Of a stretch of DNA of 64,000 nucleotides, positions 43,730 to 55,636 are shown piece by piece. The stretch's first letter is position 1; every line of letters begins with the position of its first letter. The DNA is from the human T2T-CHM13v2.0 reference genome, Homo sapiens: the NCBI RefSeq assembly GCF_009914755.1, contig NC_060929.1, one strand, 5' to 3'. Below the pieces are notes generated by a model that saw only the letters and a list, made by a program, of their open reading frames with translations, made no database searches and had not been told where the DNA came from. The position numbers and the translations under genes are program-made.

Positions 43730-44030
43730 ACCAGGAGGTCTGGACTTTATCTTGAGTGCTATGGGAAGTTGTTGAATGGTTTTAAGCAGTATAATCATAA
43801 GATAATATCCATATATTAAAATATTTATTCTGACTGCAGCACACAAAATAGAAGTGACTGGAGTTAGCCCAGTTAGCAGGTTGTTGCAGGAGTTCTGGGT
43901 GAGACAAGGGTAGTGGTAGTGAGGATGAAGAGAACTGGTAGAATCTGAGAAGTGTTTAGGAGGTACAATGTATAGGACTTGATTTCAGATTGGACATGAG
44001 GGTAAGACAGAGGCTAGAGTCAAGATTCCC
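43730..44030 (-). mobile_element. L2, right part of the element split at 36276
   Basis: aggaggtctggactttatcttgagtgctatgggaag...tttaagcag is the L2 segment expected next after 36276. Confidence 0.8.
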
Positions 44031-45735
44031 TCGGCATAGGCAAGCTCCGCAGCCACAGGCAGCCATGTTCAATTAACAAAGCCTCTGAGTCTCGGTGACC
44101 CTGAGGCTTCTAGGATTCTCAGTGACCCTGAGGCTTCAATTCCCTACCAATAGGCTTCTCCAAAAATCTGTAGTGTAGACACTTCAGTGAGGAATGAAAC
44201 TGATAAGACTAATTTGACCACTATAAAAATAATCTCCTGTTTCCTCTCTCCCTTTAAGGGAGAAAGAAGCTGCATATTAAGGAGGTTTGAGGAGCCCCCA
44301 TCTTTCCTCTCTCAAATTTTCATCATTTCCACCACTCCAACAGCCCTTAAAAAATCAATCAATACATTATTCCACAGACATATAATGGTCATGCTATGTA
44401 CAAACTATGATATCACTATTTTAGGGTTAAGGATTCAGAGATGATCTCCCTCTCTCTAGCAAATCCTGCTCTTAGGAAAAGACCCAGAACTAATTTTTAC
44501 TGAAGAACAGATGAGTAATGGAGTGTGACCTTCCTTTAAGGGAATTTTTAACTAATACTTTTTTTTTTCTTATTTCAAAAGTAATTCTCAATAAGTACAA
44601 GTAAGGCATAAAAGTCACTAGAACACCCACTACCTGAAGATAATAATTAGAAACATTTTGATGTACGTCTTGTCAGACTTCTGTACATATATATTTTTTT
44701 CCTTCTAGGCTTCTATTCTATTTTAGCTAAGGAACTTATATTTTACTTAAGAAGAATATCTTACTCTAAGGAATGACCCCAGCATAACTGCTATTTGGTG
44801 CAGAGAACTTTCCTTTAGTCTTCAAAAGTCACGTTTCTAAGGTTCACACATAAATGGTTACTTCTAAAGAAGGCTTTGCTGGGTGTCTGGCCATGGCTAG
44901 GTGTTCATATTTACCAGCTGCCCCTAGACAAGTCCTGCTCACCTTGGTTTTGGAGCATGAGAAAAGGGAAGTAATAGACACCCTCAAAGCTTGGCAGGGG
45001 GCCTGGTCATGGGAAGAGGCCTCCCAAAGGGCAACTAGTACTGCTACATTCTTTGCATGGCTCCTTCCTCTGTCTAAATAGCAAAAGGCTGCTGGGAATG
45101 GCATGTGTGTGACAAAGACACAAGGGAAAATTTGTTAAGAGCAGTGCCCCAGACTCTTCCTAGGGGGAAACCTGATTAAAAGGATTATTTCAAAGGATCA
45201 TTAGTAGAAAGAGAATTGTAGGCTCCCTTGGGTAGAGCAGCCTTTGAACCAAGCTCTGTTTCAACATTTCTTCTTCGTTCCTCAGAAGGTCAGCTAGAGT
45301 GAGCCACACACCACAGACCAAACTCCCAATGCCAGGGACACAGACGATTAATGCTGGCCCCCTCCATGATTGGCGGTACCATCTCAACCTACTTCAGGGG
45401 AGAGCTGGAGGGTTTGCCTGTCCCTTGGGAGCTGGCATACAGTGCTGGAAATTCCAGTAGTTCCCTCACACCCAGGAGTATGATACACCTTCTGTAGAAC
45501 ATTTAGCTTCTTTCAAAGTAGAAAATTCCCTGATGTTAAGAGAGCTAAGGTCTCCCCTTTCACTGAAACCTAAAGAGCTTCCCATTTCCACTTCTTTAGG
45601 AAGGTTCTGGTCCCAAAGCTGGACTGTGACTTGCAGTTTCCTGGAGAACCAGAGTAGGAGGAGGGTAAAGGTGGCTTTGGACATCCCCAAGCTGACCATG
45701 CCTCCTGCAGGTGCTTTTGCAATCACAGCTGCCGC

Positions 45736-46114
45736 CTTTCCTGGGGCAAATACTTTCCACACGCCAGAATTAAACTAATCCCATTGCAACTGACATCTGG
45801 TCATATCCAACCACAAGGCTCCCACATATTGAGCCTTCTAGTGGTGGGAAAGAAATTCAGGTCTGAACTTCCTGAGGGACCTAACCTGAATGGACCACTC
45901 CTTTCCCACAAACAAAGATCCACTTCACATAATTGTTACCATCACTTTGATGATCACTGCCGCCATTTCAACCCACCACTCAGCCCCTCTCCCAGCCACC
46001 ATCCTAGCTGCATCGTGACTACTAGCCCAGTCAGTATCCTGGCCACTGCTGCCAATAACAGCTCCCATATATTGATCATCTTCTATGTTGTCTCTAATCC
46101 TCAGTGCAAATCTG
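45736..46114 (+). repeat. Probable source copy of the 375 bp duplication; runs on into a MIR (about 46055-46235)
   Basis: Aligns to 43352-43726; the MIR continues atgaagaggaaactg...gcagaactgggctttcaacctagg only in this copy. Confidence 0.93.
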
Positions 46115-47089
46115 CAAGTTTAATGAAGAGGAAACTGGCTCCAAGTGTTGTCACACTGCAGAGAAGAGGCAGAACTGGGCTTTCAACCTAGGCCTAGATG
46201 ACCCCAAGTCTGTGCTTTTTCCACTGCCCCATGCTACCTCCCTAATGTGGGCCAAGCCCTGGATGCAGACTGAGAAGGTACACATTTGCTGGATATGTGA
46301 CCTTGCCAAGTCCCTCACTTTCTGTGCTTCAGTTTCATCTCTAAAATGACAGTTTTGTTTGAGGCAGAAAGATACAGAGCAGTGTTTGTGTGTGTGTCTT
46401 GGGTGTCTATGTCTCTCTTTGGCTACTTATCGAGAGGTAGGAGTGAGGCCTTTCATTGTTCCTGCTCTTCAAGCCCAGGGCAGTCAAATGCTGGTGCTGT
46501 CATGGGGACATAGTGGATCACAGCCAGGCTGGAGGGTGCCTGCTCACCCCCTGCTGCCTCTCTGGGGTGCCACATGCTGTAGTCAGGAAGAGGGGACCCT
46601 GGAAGGCCCTTGGAATATTCCATCTGCTGGGGGCCCTTTGGAAGTCTGATGGAACGATGAGCTAACAATAGCAGCCTGAGCTCCGTGGCTCCTCTAATGA
46701 GGTTTCTCTGTCCCACAGCCATGGAAAGCTCCCAAGTTCCCCAGAGATGCCTCCTTGGCCCATCCGCCTGCCTTTCATCCTACACCACCCAGCTTTCTCA
46801 ACTCCTAATTGTGTTTCTGAGAGCTCAGTCCCCAGGCTCTTGACCAACCATGCAGAAAACCCAACTGGTTACAACACTGCAACCTAAGCCTTGCACCCTC
46901 CTATGGCACGCCCTCCCCCTGGCTCACCCAGGCAGCCTGGCCTGGCCTGGCAGGAAGGACAAGGCTCGCAGCCTCAGGGTCTTAGCCCTGGAAGATCCAG
47001 GTCATGCAGTGGCCAGCCAGGAGGACTTACAGATGGGTAGAGGCATTTACCAACTACATCGCCAGGAAGAAAGCATGGCATAAGGGCAT

Positions 47090-47310
47090 TTAGTTTGTAG
47101 TGAAGCTTTGGAATTCTGGCTCTGCCTCTTCCTAGCCATGTGACCATGGGCAAGGGATTTAACCTTTCTGAGACATACTTTCCTTGTGTGTAAAATAAAG
47201 ATAATAATATCTACTTTGCAGAATGGTTGCAGGGATTAACCAATATAATATATTTAAAGCATCTTGCTCAGTGCCTGACACATAGTTGGCACCCAATAAA
47301 TGCAGTTTCC
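47090..47310 (+). mobile_element. MIR
   Basis: tggctctgcctcttcctagccatgtgaccatgggcaag...cagtgcctgacacatag...caataaatg. Confidence 0.88.
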
Positions 47311-47865
47311 TTTTCCTACCCTGCTCCTCTGCCCAGCCTCTGCCAACACCAATGGGGAAACAAATTTGGCAGATCACGTCTCAATTATTTGAGGGTCCAG
47401 GGCCCAGCCTCTGTACCTTTTGTCCTTTAAACTACACAATCCATGAACTACTGAAGGTGGGAAGAGGAAAAGAGGAAAATGAGGCAAGGGTGGGAAACAG
47501 GTGGGTGGGCAGAAACAAGGTGCAGAGGGCGGCCTCAGCCTGAGACAGGAGAGCTTCCGTGGCTTAGACCCCCAGAGCACCCCAAAACCAGTGCACAAGG
47601 AATCTGCTAAGAGCAGCTGGCCCCTGGATGGGGTGGGAGAAGGCTCCAGATTCATAACCTGGTTTCAAGTGGGTCCTTCCCACTAGCCTGTCTGGGCTGG
47701 AAGCAGGGAACCTGATATTTACATACCTCCGCAGATGTGTCCCCACAGCCTGCTCGCCCTACCACGGTGGAGGAGGAATAATTGCACTAAGGCCGAGCTC
47801 TCCCCTCCTCCCCCTTGAAGAGTCAGATGACCTCAGTGCTTCAATGCTCCAAATGGAGTGGGGCG

Positions 47866-47922
47866 GTGCGTGTGTGTGTGCGTGTGTGTGCATGCGTGTA
47901 TGTGCGCACGTGTGTATGTGTG
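47866..47922. repeat. (TG/CG)n alternating tract
   Basis: Directly visible; Z-DNA-prone composition. Confidence 0.88.
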
Positions 47923-47969
47923 CAGCTCCAGCCTCTAGCAGAGGAGGCTGCAGGCCTGGGTTCAGAGGG

Positions 47970-48160
47970 AGGCAACATCTGGCCAGCTGTGAGCCTGAGC
48001 CAGATGTGCGCCGGCCAGATGGAGGGCAAGCTCCCCTGGGTGGGGGTTGCACAGGAGGAAGTCATAACCTCATTGTGCGGCCTAATCCTGAACATATTAC
48101 TCTGGAATATGTGCACTATCAACAACATTGCCATAAAAAAGAGGCCTCAATAAAGAGAGA
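47970..48160. promoter_or_regulatory. E-box plus homeodomain/SOX motif cluster, candidate enhancer
   Basis: CATCTG 47976, CAGCTG 47984, CAGATG 48001 and 48016, then CATTGT, TAATCC and CCATAAAA. Confidence 0.45.
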
Positions 48161-50114
48161 AGAAGAAAGAGCAAGGCCTCAAGAATTGTCAGTGGGCCTC
48201 TGACACACTTTCTGGGATTGGGGGTGACGTGGGGAGGGAGTATGGACTAGCACTTAACCATGGGCTGTGGCCGCCCTTGTGCTTGTGAAGAGAGGGGGTT
48301 GAGCTGGGAGGTGGGTCTCCTGCCCTGCAGAAAGAGCTACTGAAAGCTCAAAGCCGTGGACATAGCCAAAAAGGGCCTTTGTGACTGGGGCTGAAGGGTT
48401 AACGGACCTGGGGAAGGGGGTCCTGAGTCTGGCAAGAGCTGGAAGAAACAGGTCAGCCAGAGAAACACTCTAGGCCCCTCTCCTCTGCCTTCATGAAGCC
48501 AGGCATTCTGGATGCTTCTGGCAGGGAAGGCACTAGAATATCTATCTACGCCTCTTGTCCCCACTCCTATCCTCACTGCACTCCATCCTCCAACCCCTTC
48601 CCACCGCTCTCATCCTGAGAGAACCAGCCAGATGACCCACAAAGACTCAACGCAAGGCTATCAGGGCTAGGTGGTCTGACTACCTGGGGCACTGCACTAG
48701 GGCCCAGCCAGCGTTTTCTGGAACACTGACAAGGTACAGTGGTCACAACAGGCTTCCTGGAGGCTATGGGGTCTCAAAAGATAAGAAGGATTTGACCAGA
48801 TGATGATAAGAGGAAAGGACATATTCTGTTCATCGTAGGAGGGCCCCAGCCCGGGAGATGCTGAGAGGGAGAAGGAAAGACAGAGTAAGCAAGACTGAAA
48901 GCAAAAAACCACATGAGAACCAGAAGCACCTCAGAGCTCAGGTGATCCAAGCCCCCCATCTGACAATAGGGAGAAAATGTAGAAAGAGGTGAATACAGCA
49001 GGAGGAAGCAGTGAAGGGTCCCCCAACGCAGGATTTACAGGCCCTCATGAAACCCCTCCCCCATCCCTGGCAGTTTCTCTGCACTGGAAACCCGAAGAGA
49101 ACCTGAAAAAGTGGGCCAGAGTTGAGGGCAGGTAGCCTGCTCACTGGGAGGCAAGGGGCAGGGTGTGGGGGTGGCTGGAAGCTGAAAAAAAGAGACCCAG
49201 GGAGGGGTGGGGGACACAGAGCAAGCATGAGGCCAGGCTGGCGGTTCTCTCCCCTTGCCTCCTGCACGATCGTGGCAAGACAACTGCTTCTCATTAGCAA
49301 AAGTGACCGTGGAGGAGAAATCCAGCCCAACCCAGGTCACGGTCACAGCCCTGAGCAGCCAGCAGCAGCCAAGCCAGAGAGGAGCAGCCTGGGGCCCCAG
49401 GAGACCTGCAGCGGCTGTCTAGCCCCAGGTCCCAAGGTCGCCCATGTCAGCACCTATAGTGGACAATGATGAAAAGGAAGAATGAAATGACTGGAGGGGC
49501 AGGAAGGGAGGGAAATTGTGCCAGCACTCTCCTGGCTGTCCTGCCTGTTTTCTCCCTTCCAATTCATCCATCACACCATGGCCAAATTCATCCCACCACC
49601 CACTCTCCTGCTGAGGAAGTGGCAATGGCTTCTCAACGCCTTAGTCAAGATAAATAAACTTCTAAGCCCCAACTTAAAGGTTCTCTGTGATTTAGCAACC
49701 CTGGACGTCATCAATCCTCACTCCCATGGCTCTCCAGGCCAAGCCCTCCACCCCAGCGACTCTCCGCAGAGGCCCCTGCGCGTATCCCGCCAAGTTCCTC
49801 TCTCTTTGCTCATGCACTTTTCTTAACCTAAAATGCCTTTTTGTCTCTATCAAATCATTGTTATTCCCCTTTTACATTCCACTCACCTGTGAAATTGGGA
49901 GAGTAATAATGCCTACATCGTAGGGTTTTTGTAAGGATAAATTAGAAAATGCTTGGAACAGAGCCTGGCACACAGTAAACATTAGCTATTGGTGTTGTTA
50001 TTATTGTTCTATTCATGATCCTTCCAGTCTGACCCCAAGTTCTACCTTCTCTGTAGGGCACTGTGTCCCTGACCTGCCCACTCACGATTGTCATCACCCT
50101 TCTTCTTGCATTTG

Positions 50115-50660
50115 CCAACTCAATTCATGTATGTTTAAACAATATTTGTCAGGCATCCTCTGCTATGCTAGGTATCATGCTAGACAGCATGGAGAAAATG
50201 GAGAATGAGAGGGTTATCCCCGGCCCTTGAAGAGCTTACAGTCTTGAGAAAGTCAAACAGTAAAAGGCAGTTACAGGGTGTGCAAGTGCTGAGCTTAGGG
50301 TACGTACACTTCAACGCCATCAAGGAACAGGGGCAGGGTCAGTATTGAGGGACAGGAGGGCTTCTCAGAGGAGGTGACGGACAAGTGGGGACCTGAAAGC
50401 CAAATAGGAGTTAGCAGAGTGGAGGGAGGGAGAGGTGTTGCAGAGAGGAGGAGCAGCAGCGGCAGAGGCCCAGAGGGGAGAGGGAGGGTGATGCATATGG
50501 AAACTACAATGAGCTCAGGAAGGTTAAGAATGGACTGTGGGGAGGAATAGTGAAAGCTGAGGCTAGAGAGGTTTGGCAGCAGCCAGAAGGTGAAAGGCTA
50601 CATAAACTGGGCTAGGACACTGGGGCCCAGTCCTGTAGGCAGTGGGTAATCATGGGAGGG
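50115..50660 (-). mobile_element. L2 3' fragment
   Basis: caattcatgtatgtttaaacaatattt...ccttgaagagcttacagtct...gggcttctcagaggaggtgac. Confidence 0.8.
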
Positions 50661-52413
50661 GCTGTGGTGCTCACTCTGCCCTTAACATGTGCCTTGGACT
50701 GTTGTTAACTCTCTCATGGCTGCCAGACTTGTCTCCTCAGGAGATTAGAACCCAGTGTCTTCCCACGTCTCTTTTATCAGTGAGGTGGGATATCAGTAAG
50801 TAGATATCTATTGGGTGCTCTTTTGAGGGCAGACCATGGACTGCACAGAGCAGGACTTCCATGCAAGCCCAGTGAGTTGAGGGAGGAGGAGGAGAAACGT
50901 GACAAAGTGGGAGGGCCATGAAGTGTAACAGGAGCCTGGAGCATGCTCTGCACTCCAGGGGGAGTCCCAGGCCAGAATCAGCCCCATGGAGCCTGAGATA
51001 AGCCACTGAAACGTCCTCACCCTCAGCTTCTTCCTCTGTAAGGTGAGCATCGGGCCATCTGTCTACCTGCCTACCACACATGAGAATGTAGGTGAAAGCC
51101 CTGCAAAGGTGAGCTCTCTCCATAGGAGCAGGCAGATGCTGAGACAGGCAGAGGAAGGTGGGACCCCCTGTGGGGCAGGCTCTGGAGGCTGGTGAAGGAA
51201 GCTCAAACCAAGAAAGAAAATAAACAAATGTGTGCCTCAGGTCAGCAACTCCCCCACCCCATTCACATGTGCTCCCTCTGTCCATTTCTCCCTCCCTAGC
51301 TTGTAGGAATCACTGTCAACAATCCGTGGCATCCAGTCACCTTTCCCAACACACTGCACAATATGGGCACCTGGATAGTCAGGTCAGGAGGCTCCGAGCT
51401 GTCCCTGTCCTGACCAGCTAGCACCTCCCCCAGAAACCTTCCCTGACCCCCAACTCACAGTAATCTCCCCCCTCTCTGACTTTTGCAATTCCAGGCCCTA
51501 CCTACATGAAGTACATGACTTTGACTTCTCTCTAAGGGCTCTCAGATGACCCTTCCTAGCCCCAAGACTCTAAGGTCCTTGAGGGAAGGATCAAGCTGTT
51601 GCCTCTCCAGCATCCTCCAGGGTCCCCAGCGCAGGCTTCTCGAAGGCTTGGGGTGGTTGGTTCTCATCCCTTCCTTTCTGAAGATGTGAAGAGGACATGA
51701 TAGTCTGAATGGGCCAGAACTGGGACCCAGGGATGGAGACGGATTCACCAGGCAAAGGTCATAAGGTGGAAGCAATGGCCACGTAGCCATTAGATGGAAA
51801 GGCTAAATCAGCAGGGCAGCTAGTGTCCCAATGTCAACAGGCAGGATGTGGAAATTCCAGGAAGCCAACGGCTGCTCAGAAAGAAATGGAAAGGCACTGT
51901 AGGTTTCAGTGCCCGACAAAGGGTCTGAGGCCAGGCCTCACCCCAAGCAGCTGCCCTCAACCCCTCCCCAGCTTCGTGGTACAGTGGGTGTGCCCAAGGA
52001 CACAAAGCTGAAAAATGGGCTACCATCTGGAGAAGATGACAGGGCCTGAAGGACAGTGTCACCAAATGGCTTTCCCCCTGAGGCAATCAGGGCAGGGCTC
52101 ATCAGCACTTTGAAAGGAACATCTGGCTGATTCCAGATGTGGAACCAGATGTGAGAAAATGATATGCTGGCATGAGCTGGTAGGCAAGTTCAGAGTCCAT
52201 CCTCAACTCTCCCAGCTGGCCAGGCCCTCTCAAGATCCTTCTGCCCATGCTCCTGCCTGCACACCTCTCTTGGTTACATAGCTTTGGGCTGCAAGACTCT
52301 CATGGTTGGCCAAGTAGCTTCTCATGTCCAGCTTTGGTCCACCCCAGAATCTATGCATTCTCTTCTTCAGTAGAGATGGGAACTAGCTGGTCACCATCCC
52401 CCCACTCAAGAAT

Positions 52414-52415
<2 letters not shown>

Positions 52416-52456
<41 letters not shown>
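52416..52456. repeat. (TG)n microsatellite, about 20 units
   Basis: Perfect dinucleotide run. Confidence 0.98.
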
Positions 52457-52457
<1 letters not shown>

Positions 52458-53429
52458 ACATTCATATAAAGAATCCTGAGAACAAGAGGCCAAGTCAGAT
52501 CCCTTGCCCTGAAAAGGGCCCCAGAGAGGATGTAGCCCCACCCACTTGCTATACAGGTAAGGCAGCTGGGAAGGAGAGAAGGAGAGGTCTGCAGAGGCTG
52601 GGAGGAAGTCAGCCATGGGTCTAGTAGACTAGATCTCAGGCACTGGGAGTCCAGTGTTCTTTCCACACTGCCACCTCTTCCCCACTCTGTTCCACCTGCC
52701 AACCCACCAGGTCCAATCTCTGCCTGATATGCAGAGTAGGGGGAGCCTCTTTCCTGGGGTGAGGCACTCACTGTCAAGAGCTGCAGGTGGTGACGTGCAG
52801 GTATCAGATCGAGGAAGAGCAATTGAAAGATGGCAATTTCTCTTCCATGTTAGCACTAGCATTCCTCCTGGAGTAAGCAAGATAAAAGTCTCCAAAAGAA
52901 GAAGCCAAGAGAGATTTGAGAGTGGGTAGATGGTGGAAGAGAAGCCCCAAGCACTGGTCTCTGAGGATGTGGTCTGATAAGGAGAAGGTTCCTTGCTCAC
53001 CCAGAGGAGAGCCTTTCCACTTCCTATGGGCGCTTAAGCCATCATTGCTTCATTCTGCAAGGGCCAGCACTTCTGGATTCTCACTCTGGTGGGTCCTAGA
53101 CTCCAGAACCAGTGACTTCCCTGGACACGTTGGCTAGGACTGGAAGGTACCTCCTGGAAGTTTCCTGGGACAAGGACCCCAAATATAAGCTTTCACAAGC
53201 CCATTCAATTCATCTTACAAAGCAATGCAAGGCCTGACTACAACTTTGCTCAGCCTCAGTCTTACAGCCTGTGAAATAGGCAAAGACCACTAGCGTAGGA
53301 AAGAAAACAACCAGTATCTTCAAGCAGAAGATGTGTTCACCTTGCTCTCAGTTCATTCTCACATGAGCTATAGCTTGAGACTCTGGGTTTCCTGGGAATG
53401 GGCTGCTGTGTGGGAGCTAGGGCCAGCAA

Positions 53430-53830
53430 ACAGGAAAAAATGGCGAGCTTTTTCAAGCATCAATACTTTTTGATTTGAAATCTCTCTTTTCCAAACTTTG
53501 CAGAGCACATACTGTCCAGTCCCCTTTGTTAAGGATTAATTACCAGCCAAGTTTGAAGTCTTTGGAGTTGTTTGGGAGTTATTTGAGCTGAAAAGGAAAA
53601 CATAACTATGTTGTTATTTCTTCTAAATGGAAAAAGGATATTTTTTGTGGGTGTTTGCAATGCTTACAAACAGCTGAAGGGGTTTTTTACTCTATCTTTC
53701 CAAAAATCACTGCTCTAGGCCATGACCAAATATGGAAAAAATGACCAAATAAAAAAAATCCCCAAACCATAAACTTTTCAGAAAGTCACAAATAGTTGAA
53801 CTGGAAGCATGTAATAGAAATGGCCGGCGA
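53430..53830. mobile_element. Probable MER121 ancient conserved repeat
   Basis: About 400 bp AT-rich unit with ccaaactttgcag, gccaagtttgaagt, ctttccaaaaatcac...gaccaaatatggaaaa...ttcagaaagtca...gtaatagaaatg, matching my recollection of the MER121 consensus. Confidence 0.6.
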
Positions 53831-54222
53831 CCTTGCTTAGCACAATTTCCCACTATTTCCTGCCACCCCTGTCCACCACTCACGTCTGTGATTCACCCAG
53901 GCATCTCTCAAGAGACTTTACCTTCTAGACATCCAAGAACCAGGAGCCAAGTACAGAACAGAGTGTTTGGGGAGACCTCAGCACTGGATTAACTTCCTCA
54001 TTCCACAGATGAGGAAACCGAGGGCCATTGGTGGCATGAGTGACTTGCCCCAGGCCCCACAGCAAGCTTTGGCACAATCAGATTCCCAGTGTGGCTTTTA
54101 CCAGGCTATAACCTCCAACCCCAAAAATGCTGCAGGGCAGACTGGGGCAGGGCCTGTGGACCTCTCTGAGAAGCCAGAATAGGTAGCCATCTGTGGCTGT
54201 GCTTTGATATGGCCACCACTGA

Positions 54223-54915
<693 letters not shown>

Positions 54916-55241
54916 GATTTCCCTGTCTTGGAAGATGAGTGTGGCAGCGTCCTGTCAAAGAGCATACTCACTGTGCTAGCCACTACCAAGTAGCCTGGGA
55001 CACCCTTCTCTCCCCAGTTCTTAGACAACTGGCATTGAGGAAAAGGTGAGTAGGGGTTGGTGATGCTGCACCTCTATCCCTGGGTCCTGGGCTCTGATAG
55101 ATCAGAAACTTTGTCAAATAGGAATCTCCTCCACAACATCCCTATAACCAAGATCCAGGGCAAGGTTCCTGGGAATTCATTCCACACATCAATTGCCACT
55201 AAATGAGGAAGAAAGGGAAGACTGGAGCCTTCCTCTCTTCA

Positions 55242-55636
<395 letters not shown>

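Noticed and set aside
51015-51047. Plus-strand pyrimidine tract followed by AG|GTGAGC (second recursive-site-like motif)
   Set aside because: It lies in a MIR-core-like sequence (ctcagcttcttcctctgtaa), uses a weak AAG acceptor, and is explained by the repeat.
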